A program made the translations under genes and the position numbers. A stretch of 64,000 nucleotides of DNA from an uncultured Bacteroidaceae bacterium (GTDB lineage Bacteria; Bacteroidota; Bacteroidia; Bacteroidales; GCA-2748055), in the NCBI GenBank assembly GCA_964563105.1, contig CAZLXM010000007.1:253-64252 (forward strand). Reading direction: 5' to 3'. Shown piece after piece: positions 56,978 to 64,000 of this stretch (position 1 is the first letter of the stretch; every line of letters starts with the position of its first letter). The notes below the pieces were generated by a model, which saw only the letters and a list, made by a program, of their open reading frames with translations, had not been told where the DNA came from and did not search any database.

Positions 56978-57961
56978 ATGAGTAATTCACTGTACCCGTT
57001 AAAGTTTAAACCCATATTGAAAGATAAGATTTGGGGAGGTTCAAGGTTGCGTCAGTTTCCCGGAAAAGAGGAAGCTTCCGAAAAATGTGGAGAAAGCTGG
57101 GAAATTTCAGCTTTTGAAGATGAAATTACTATTGTTGCAGAAGGTTTTCTTCAGGGAAATAACCTCCAGGAATTAATAGAAATTTATATGGGCGATCTTA
57201 CCGGTGATAAAATATTTGAGCAGAATGGACTGGAATTTCCTTTATTGATCAAGTTTATCGAAACAGCTGATATTCTGAGTGTTCAGGTTCATCCTGATGA
57301 TGAAACGGCATTATCAAAACATAATCTAAGAGGAAAAACAGAAATGTGGTATATTGTTGATACAATTGGAGATGCCAGACTTATTTCAGGGTTTAACAGG
57401 GAAATATCACGGGAAGAATATGTTTATCATTTAAATGCCGGAAAAATTAATGATATACTCAATTATGTAAGAGTAAGAAAAGGGGATATTTTTTTTGTGC
57501 CTCCCGGAAGAATTCATGCTATTGGCCCCGGTATCCTGCTAACAGAAATTCAACAGGCATCTGATCTTACTTATCGTGTTTTTGACTGGGACAGGAAAGA
57601 TGAAAATGGGGGCCTAAGGCCCTTACATACTGAATTGGCACTTGAAGCTTTGGATTTCAATTATTATCCGGATGTTAAATCAAAATATGAAACAAAATTA
57701 AATGCTTCTGTTGAAGTTGTAGATAATATAAACTTTACTACTAATATTATACATCTTGATAAGGTTGTTGAAAAAAATTATAGTTTTATTGACTCTTTTG
57801 TTATTTATATATGTACGGAAGGGGAAGTAATCCTTAACGTTGAAAATTTGCAATCAACCACTTTAATGAAAGGTGAAACAGTACTTATACCTGCTGTAAT
57901 TAAGCAGCTTGTTGTTATACCCCTTATAAGGTCTACTTTATTGGAAGTATATATCAAATAA
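56978..57961 (+). CDS. manA: Class I mannose-6-phosphate isomerase
   Basis: Motifs KIWGG, ESWEIS, LSVQVHPDD, TEMWYIV and PPGRIHAIGPG. Confidence 0.8.
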   Translation: MSNSLYPLKFKPILKDKIWGGSRLRQFPGKEEASEKCGESWEISAFEDEITIVAEGFLQGNNLQELIEIYMGDLTGDKIFEQNGLEFPLLIKFIETADILSVQVHPDDETALSKHNLRGKTEMWYIVDTIGDARLISGFNREISREEYVYHLNAGKINDILNYVRVRKGDIFFVPPGRIHAIGPGILLTEIQQASDLTYRVFDWDRKDENGGLRPLHTELALEALDFNYYPDVKSKYETKLNASVEVVDNINFTTNIIHLDKVVEKNYSFIDSFVIYICTEGEVILNVENLQSTTLMKGETVLIPAVIKQLVVIPLIRSTLLEVYIK

Positions 57962-58006
57962 ACAAAGCACTTTTAGTGATTAAAAGTTTGAAATATCCTC
58001 CTTAAA

Positions 58007-58624
58007 ATGATTATAAAAAAAGCAGTATTTGTTCAGAGTAGTACTTCAGTAAAAAATTGTCCGGACAGCGATAAACCGGAATTTGCATTCATTGGCAGGT
58101 CTAATGTGGGAAAATCTTCACTGATTAATTATTTAACCGGAATAAAAAATCTGGCTAAAACCTCCCTTACTCCGGGTAAGACACGTCTTATTAATCATTT
58201 CTTAATAAATGATGAATGGTACCTGGTAGACCTTCCGGGTTATGGTTATGCAAAACTTAGTAAAAAAGAAAGAGATAATTTTTCTGTAATTCTAAAGGAT
58301 TATATTTACAAACGATTACAAATGTATTGTTTGTTTTTATTGATTGATTGCCGGCATAAACCGAAGATCAATGATCTGGATTTAATAAATTGGTTGGGAG
58401 AAAATAATATTCCATTTGTTATTGTGTTTACTAAAACAGATAAATTAAATAAACAGGAACTGGGAGAAAGTGTAAAAGTTTATCATCAGGAATTAAAAAA
58501 AACGTGGGAAAAACTTCCGCTTTTCTTTTATACTTCCATTAAAACTAAATCAGGTAAAGAAGAAATCCTGAGATATATTGAACAAATAATTAAGCCGGAA
58601 ACAGCCTTTAACCAAAAGGATTAA
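58007..58624 (+). CDS. engB: Ribosome-biogenesis GTPase YihA/YsxC
   Basis: G1 GRSNVGKSSLIN, DLPGYGYA and FTKTDK (G4). Confidence 0.9.
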   Translation: MIIKKAVFVQSSTSVKNCPDSDKPEFAFIGRSNVGKSSLINYLTGIKNLAKTSLTPGKTRLINHFLINDEWYLVDLPGYGYAKLSKKERDNFSVILKDYIYKRLQMYCLFLLIDCRHKPKINDLDLINWLGENNIPFVIVFTKTDKLNKQELGESVKVYHQELKKTWEKLPLFFYTSIKTKSGKEEILRYIEQIIKPETAFNQKD

Positions 58625-58734
58625 ATCTTATATAATACTGATATATTGTATAAAAGTAACAAAATCAACATTTAATGTGCATAACTACTCGTCATTTTTA
58701 TATTGAAAGTAAAGGAATTTGGCGCAGGAATTTT

Positions 58735-58742
58735 TACATTTG
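58735..58742 (+). promoter_or_regulatory. Bacteroidota -7 promoter box (TAnnTTTG) upstream of prs
   Basis: tacatttg lies 40 nt before the ATG at 58782. Confidence 0.4.
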
Positions 58743-58781
58743 CAGCATTAATGTCTAATTAAAACAATCTTTCCTTAAAAG

Positions 58782-59720
58782 ATGAGAGGCTATTCCCCTA
58801 TTAAATTTTTTGCCGGCAGAAGTTCATGCCCGCTTGCCGAAAAAATAACAAAAGCATATGGCTCGGAAATTGGTAAAACTTCATTTCTCGAATTTAGTGA
58901 TGGCGAGCTTCAACCCGCTTATGATGAGTCAGTAAGGGGTTGCACTGTATTTATTATTCAATCTACACCTCCGCCTTCCGAAAATCTAATGGAATTACTT
59001 TTAATGATTGACGCAGCTAAAAGGGCCAGTGCATATAAAGTAGTTGCAGTAATCCCGTATTTCGGTTATGCGAGGCAGGACAGAAAGGACCGCCCGCGTG
59101 CATCCATAGGAGGAAAATTAGTGGCAAATCTTCTTATATCGGCAGGTGTTGATCGTGTTATGACTATGGACCTTCATGCCGACCAGGTTCAGGGTTTTTT
59201 TGATATTCCGGTTGACCACCTGTATGCCTCAACTATTTTTGTTCCATATATTAAAAGTCTTAACCTTGATAATATTGCAATTGCTGCCCCTGATATGGGC
59301 GGGACAAAAAGAGCAAATGCTTATGCACGATTTCTTAATACACAGATGATAATTTGTTATAAAATGAGAAAAAAGCCAAATGTAGTTGAACAAATTAAGG
59401 CTATAGGAGAAATTGAAGGCAAGAATGTTTTTATTGTTGATGATATGATTGATACTGCCGGAACAGTTTGCCTGGCAGCAGAAACAATGATAAATGAAGG
59501 GGCAAAATCAGTGAGGGTAATTGCATCACATCCGGTGTTATCAGGCAAATCATACGATAAAATAAACAAATCAATAATAGAGGAGGTTATTGTTACTGAT
59601 TCAATACCGGTTAAACCTTATTCAGATAAGATTAAAGTACTATCAATAGCAGAACTTTTTGCAGAGGTTATTAATAAAGTTTATAATTATCAGTCAATAA
59701 GTACGCATTTTATTATTTAG
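58782..59720 (+). CDS. prs: Ribose-phosphate pyrophosphokinase
   Basis: Motifs YFGYARQDRK, MDLHADQVQGFFDIPVD and the PRPP loop VDDMIDTAGT. Confidence 0.95.
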   Translation: MRGYSPIKFFAGRSSCPLAEKITKAYGSEIGKTSFLEFSDGELQPAYDESVRGCTVFIIQSTPPPSENLMELLLMIDAAKRASAYKVVAVIPYFGYARQDRKDRPRASIGGKLVANLLISAGVDRVMTMDLHADQVQGFFDIPVDHLYASTIFVPYIKSLNLDNIAIAAPDMGGTKRANAYARFLNTQMIICYKMRKKPNVVEQIKAIGEIEGKNVFIVDDMIDTAGTVCLAAETMINEGAKSVRVIASHPVLSGKSYDKINKSIIEEVIVTDSIPVKPYSDKIKVLSIAELFAEVINKVYNYQSISTHFII

Positions 59721-59724
59721 TTAT

Positions 59725-59732
59725 TATATTTG
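59725..59732 (+). promoter_or_regulatory. Bacteroidota -7 promoter box (TAnnTTTG) upstream of rplY
   Basis: tatatttg lies ~89 nt before the ATG at 59821. Confidence 0.35.
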
Positions 59733-59820
59733 CAATCCTTTTTTACGCATCAGGATTTATCCTTTTTGTGTGATGAGGAATTAAATAAATTAAGTTTAAT
59801 TCTTAGTAGCACGTTTTATT

Positions 59821-60459
59821 ATGAAGACATTCAAAATTGAAGTTAAAAAAAGAGAGGTAACCGGAAAATCATCTACCCGGAAATTAAGAAGCAATGAAAA
59901 TATACCTTGTGTAATGTATGGAGGAAAAGATATACATCATTTTTATGCTCATGAAAACTCTTTTCGTAAAATAGTTTATACTAACGAGGTTTTTATTGTT
60001 GAATTCGATATTGAAGGAAAAAAACATAAAGGTGTTATTCAGGATATTCAATTTCATCCGGTTACTGATAAAATCCAACATATGGATTTTATTGAAGTCT
60101 TTGATGACAGGCCGGTAGTTGTAAACATTCCTGTTGAACTTACCGGAAGCTCCATTGGTATTAAAAACGGCGGGAGATTGAGGCAAAGGCGCAGAAGCCT
60201 TAAAGTTAAAGGACTAATTGAATATTTACCAGATAGCCTTAAAATTGACATTACTAATGTTGATATTGGACAGGTAGTGAAAATTGGCGATTTACATTTT
60301 GAAAATTTAGAGCTACTTGACCCTCACAGAGCCATGGTAATCTCTGTAGTTTCATCCCGTGTAGCATTGAAATCAGCTACAATGGCTGAAGGAGAACTTA
60401 CTGTTGCAGAGGAAGGGCAAGTTGAGGGAGAAGAAACTGAAGTCAGGGAAGAAAGTTAA
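59821..60459 (+). CDS. rplY: 50S ribosomal protein L25 / general stress protein Ctc form
   Basis: GKSSTRKLRSNENIPCVMYG, then a beta-barrel domain and an acidic C-terminal tail. Confidence 0.9.
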   Translation: MKTFKIEVKKREVTGKSSTRKLRSNENIPCVMYGGKDIHHFYAHENSFRKIVYTNEVFIVEFDIEGKKHKGVIQDIQFHPVTDKIQHMDFIEVFDDRPVVVNIPVELTGSSIGIKNGGRLRQRRRSLKVKGLIEYLPDSLKIDITNVDIGQVVKIGDLHFENLELLDPHRAMVISVVSSRVALKSATMAEGELTVAEEGQVEGEETEVREES

Positions 60460-60482
60460 TCTAATTTTTTATTTCCTGTACC

Positions 60483-61046
60483 TTGAAATATTTAATTGCA
60501 GGACTTGGAAATATTGGGGAAACTTATAAAAATACCCGCCATAATATTGGGTTTAATGTATTAGATGCACTGGCTCTCGAATTTAAAACAGATTTCAGGG
60601 ACAGAAGATATGCTTTTTCTTCAGAATTCCGGTTTAAAGGAAGAATATTTTATCTCATCAAACCATCTACATATGTAAACCTTAGTGGGAAAGCTGTTAA
60701 TTATTGGCTGAAAAAGAATAAAATCCCTTTAGAAAATTTTCTTGTTGTACTTGATGATTTATCACTTCCTTTTGGAGCATTACGTTTAAAACCTTCCGGT
60801 GGTGATGGCGGACATAATGGCTTAATACATATCTCTGAAACACTCGGGACTCAAAATTATGCCAGGCTTAGATTTGGAATAGGGTCTGATTACCCAAAAG
60901 GATACCAGGTTGAATATGTTTTGGGTAAGTGGGATGATAGTGAAAAAGAATTGTTGCCGGAAAGAATTTCACAGGCAAATGAAATGATAAAAGCTTTTGG
61001 AACTATAGGTATCGATCTGACAATGAGCAGGTATAATAATAAATAA
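60483..61046 (+). CDS. pth: Peptidyl-tRNA hydrolase
   Basis: TTG start. Motifs LIAGLGNIGETYKNTRHNIGF and GGHNGL. Confidence 0.9.
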   Translation: MKYLIAGLGNIGETYKNTRHNIGFNVLDALALEFKTDFRDRRYAFSSEFRFKGRIFYLIKPSTYVNLSGKAVNYWLKKNKIPLENFLVVLDDLSLPFGALRLKPSGGDGGHNGLIHISETLGTQNYARLRFGIGSDYPKGYQVEYVLGKWDDSEKELLPERISQANEMIKAFGTIGIDLTMSRYNNK

Positions 61047-61061
61047 CTAAGATACTTATTT

Positions 61062-61082
61062 GCAGGCTAAGCCTGTTTTTTT
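61062..61082 (+). terminator. Weak intrinsic terminator candidate after pth
   Basis: gcaggc-taa-gcctgt stem (5 Watson-Crick pairs plus a G-U) followed by a run of seven T. Confidence 0.45.
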
Positions 61083-61102
61083 GCTCTCTGAAATCAATAG
61101 TG

Positions 61103-61110
61103 TATCTTTG
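61103..61110 (+). promoter_or_regulatory. Bacteroidota -7 promoter box (TAnnTTTG) upstream of mutS
   Basis: tatctttg lies ~110 nt before the mutS start. Confidence 0.3.
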
Positions 61111-61219
61111 TATGATAAATTTTTATTGATTGGAAGAGAAAAACAAGAATTAAAAATAACATACTCTTCTTATAAAAATTTATTATCAAAACCTTAAAAC
61201 ACAATCTTTTAACTAAACA

Positions 61220-63841
61220 TTGGATAAGGCATCAAAATATGTGGATACTCCTCTAATGCGTCAATATTACGGCATTAAAGCTAAACATCCTGATGCTGTG
61301 CTATTGTTCAGAGTAGGTGATTTTTATGAGACCTTTGGTGAAGATGCCATCCGTACCTCTGAAATATTAGGTATTACTCTTACCAGAAGAGCTAATGGGG
61401 CCGCTTCTTATGTTGAATTAGCCGGATTCCCCTATCATGCACTGGACACATATCTTCCAAAACTTGTAAGGGCCGGGCAAAGGGTTGCAATATGTGAACA
61501 ACTGGAAGATCCCAGGCTTGTAAAAAAACTTGTAAAAAGAGGAATTACCGAAATGGTAACCCCGGGAGTATCTTTTAATGAAAACGTACTCGAAAATAAA
61601 GAAAATAATTTTTTGGCCGGAATATTCATGGACCATAAATCAGGCGGAGTTTCATTTCTTGATATCTCAACTGGTGAATTTCTTACAGCTCAGGGTAGTT
61701 TTGAATATATTGATAAACTATTAAGTAGTTTTCAGCCAAGAGAAATATTGATTGAAAAAAGAAAACAAAAGGAGTTCAGGGAAATTTTTGGGACTAATTA
61801 TTATACTTTTCCTTTAGATGACTGGGTATTTACTGAAGAAAATGCTCTGGATAAACTCACATACCAATTTAAAACGAACAGCTTAAAAGGTTTTGGTGTT
61901 GAAGCAATGAAACTTGGAATTATTGCTTCAGGAGCTATCCTACAATATCTTGAGATTACACGGCATACTAATGTCAATCATATTCTTACTCTTCAACGGA
62001 TTGAAGAGGACCATTTTGTATGGCTCGATCGCTTCACTATCAGAAACCTTGAAATATTCCGCTCAATTTATGATGAAGGGAAAACCTTGCATGATGTGAT
62101 GGACAGAACAGTGTCACCTATGGGATCGAGAATGCTTAAACGCTGGCTGGCTTTACCGTTGAAGGATATTGCCCCTTTGAATGAAAGACTTGATATTGTA
62201 GAGTTTTTTAGGAATAATGAAGAAGCAAGAACTTTTTTTCGAAATAAACTTAAAACTGCAGGAGATCTCGAAAGAATTATTTCGAAGGTCGCTGTTAATC
62301 GTGTTAGTCCCAGGGAAATACTTCAATTAAGTGTAGCTTTGGGAATTATAGGCCCCATGAAGGAATATTGCCTTAATGCCAGTCTAAAACCTTTACAAAG
62401 TATTGGAGAGCAATTTAATCCATGTGATTCTGTAAAAAACAGGATTGATAAAACAATAAAAGAAGATGCTTCGAACCAGATTAGTAAAGGGAATATTATT
62501 GCATCCGGTGTATCTGAAGAGCTTGACGAACTCAGAAAAATCATGTTTTCCGGGAAGAATTACCTTGTAGAATTACAGCAGAAAGAAATTGCACGTACAG
62601 GTATCCCTTCATTAAAAATAGCATATAATAATGTTTTCGGGTATTATATAGAGGTCAGGAATACACATAGGAATAGAGTTCCCCCGGAATGGGTCAGGAA
62701 GCAGACCCTTGTTAGTGCTGAACGTTATATAACCGAAGAGTTGAAAGAATATGAAACAAAAATACTTGGTGCAGAAGAAAAAAGTCTGGCACTGGAAATA
62801 AAGCTGTTCGAAGAACTTGTTACGGGCGTTGCAGATTTTATTCCTGCAATTCAATTGAATGCCTCACTTCTTGCGCGTTTGGATTGTTTGATATCGTATG
62901 CAGAATTGGCAATAAGCAACAAATATGTCAGACCGGCGCTAAATGAAAGCCTGATTATAGATATAAAGCAGGGGAGGCATCCGGTTATTGAAACTCAACT
63001 ACCAATAGATGAGGAATATGTTGCAAATGATGTATATCTGGATACCGACGATCAACAGATAATTATTCTTACCGGACCAAATATGTCCGGTAAATCTGCG
63101 CTTCTTCGACAAACTGCCCTTATTGTATTAATGGCACAAATAGGATGTTTTGTTCCTGCCGGTTCTGCCAGCATTGGGCTCGTCGATAAAATATTTACCC
63201 GGGTCGGGGCCTCCGATAATATATCCCTTGGAGAATCTACTTTTATGGTTGAAATGCTTGAAGCTGCAAGTATTCTTAATAATTTGTCAAACCGCAGCCT
63301 GATTCTTCTTGACGAAATAGGCAGAGGAACAAGCACATATGATGGAATATCTATTGCCTGGGCCATGGTCGAATATATTCATGAAAATTCCAGATCAAGG
63401 GCTAAAACAATGTTTGCTACTCATTACCATGAATTAAATGAAATGGAATCTTCATTTCCCAGAGTAAAAAATTATAATATATCGATAAAAGAGTTGAGCG
63501 ACAGGATACTTTTTGTACGTAAACTTGAACCCGGAGGAAGCGAACACAGTTTTGGGATCCATGTTGCAAGGATGGCCGGAATGCCTCGCAGCGTTGTTAA
63601 AAGAGCTGATGAAATACTTAAAGAACTAGAAAAAGGCCATGAAAAAAAGACCCTTACTAAACCTGTTTCCGGGCTCGCCGCTCAACGTGAAGGTTTTCAG
63701 CTTAGTTTTTATCAGCTTGATGACCCGGTACTGAAACAGATTCGTGATCAAATTGCCGGACTGGATATTAATAACCTTACTCCAATGGAAGCTTTAAATA
63801 AGCTGAATGAGATTCAAAGAGTGATAGGGGCTGGTAAATGA
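61220..63841 (+). CDS. mutS: DNA mismatch repair protein MutS
   Basis: Motifs [19 protein letters not shown], Walker [10 protein letters not shown] and [16 protein letters not shown]. The start is TTG at 61220; an in-frame GTG a few codons later is also possible. Confidence 0.95.
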   Translation: MDKASKYVDTPLMRQYYGIKAKHPDAVLLFRVGDFYETFGEDAIRTSEILGITLTRRANGAASYVELAGFPYHALDTYLPKLVRAGQRVAICEQLEDPRLVKKLVKRGITEMVTPGVSFNENVLENKENNFLAGIFMDHKSGGVSFLDISTGEFLTAQGSFEYIDKLLSSFQPREILIEKRKQKEFREIFGTNYYTFPLDDWVFTEENALDKLTYQFKTNSLKGFGVEAMKLGIIASGAILQYLEITRHTNVNHILTLQRIEEDHFVWLDRFTIRNLEIFRSIYDEGKTLHDVMDRTVSPMGSRMLKRWLALPLKDIAPLNERLDIVEFFRNNEEARTFFRNKLKTAGDLERIISKVAVNRVSPREILQLSVALGIIGPMKEYCLNASLKPLQSIGEQFNPCDSVKNRIDKTIKEDASNQISKGNIIASGVSEELDELRKIMFSGKNYLVELQQKEIARTGIPSLKIAYNNVFGYYIEVRNTHRNRVPPEWVRKQTLVSAERYITEELKEYETKILGAEEKSLALEIKLFEELVTGVADFIPAIQLNASLLARLDCLISYAELAISNKYVRPALNESLIIDIKQGRHPVIETQLPIDEEYVANDVYLDTDDQQIIILTGPNMSGKSALLRQTALIVLMAQIGCFVPAGSASIGLVDKIFTRVGASDNISLGESTFMVEMLEAASILNNLSNRSLILLDEIGRGTSTYDGISIAWAMVEYIHENSRSRAKTMFATHYHELNEMESSFPRVKNYNISIKELSDRILFVRKLEPGGSEHSFGIHVARMAGMPRSVVKRADEILKELEKGHEKKTLTKPVSGLAAQREGFQLSFYQLDDPVLKQIRDQIAGLDINNLTPMEALNKLNEIQRVIGAGK

Positions 63842-63985
63842 TTGATTGTAATTAAATCACCGGATATTTTATCTGGTTAACGGGCACTTTCTAATAACTC
63901 CTTTAATTTCTTTTGCAGAATCAAAAAAAACCTTAATTTTGCAAGCCCATAAACATTATTTAGTATTTTTGTTCTTATAATATAA

Positions 63986-64000
63986 GCGGGAATAGCTCAG
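63986..64000 (+). tRNA. 5' end of a tRNA gene truncated by the window edge
   Basis: gcgggaatagctcag matches the acceptor-stem plus D-arm consensus (..TAGCTCAG). TAnnTTTG boxes lie at 63934-63941 and 63964-63971. Identity cannot be determined. Confidence 0.5.

Overview
Low-GC chromosome segment of Bacteroidota type (SusD-like gene, lipoprotein signals, TAnnTTTG -7 boxes). All family names come from motif recognition by eye; no database search was run.

Block 1 (1-35.2 kb) is a polysaccharide-utilisation-type accessory region. It opens inside a SusD-like gene. It holds two tandem heparinase II (PL21)-like lyases, a DUF4962/heparinase II/III-like protein and a beta-helix protein. It also holds two Tat-signal carbon-nitrogen hydrolases, two M14-like metallopeptidase-fold proteins, two amidohydrolases and a large glycosidase-like lipoprotein. 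The rest are Tat-signal Gfo/Idh/MocA oxidoreductases, a xylose-isomerase-like TIM-barrel protein and an MFS transporter. No sulfatase or GH88-like gene is visible. A two-gene module (CxxCH/PD40-like lipoprotein plus a 595-aa polytopic membrane protein) occurs twice, and the lipoprotein gene of the second copy is a pseudogene.

Block 2 (36.4-40.3 kb) is an operon of oxidoreductase, hexuronate-type MFS transporter and UroD-like protein.

Block 3 (42.8-54.2 kb) is the best candidate for an undescribed system. It is an eight-gene minus-strand cluster: CheR-like methyltransferase, HAMP-GAF-PAS protein, GAF protein, SiaA-like PP2C phosphatase, SiaB-like kinase, SiaC-like phosphoprotein, an unusual ABC transporter and a lipoprotein. 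There is no diguanylate cyclase.

Block 4 (54.3-64 kb) is housekeeping: gdhA, manA, engB, prs, rplY, pth, mutS. The window also has folK, sugE, a tRNA-Ser(GCT) and a truncated tRNA at its end.

I saw no CRISPR array, integrase or transposase.
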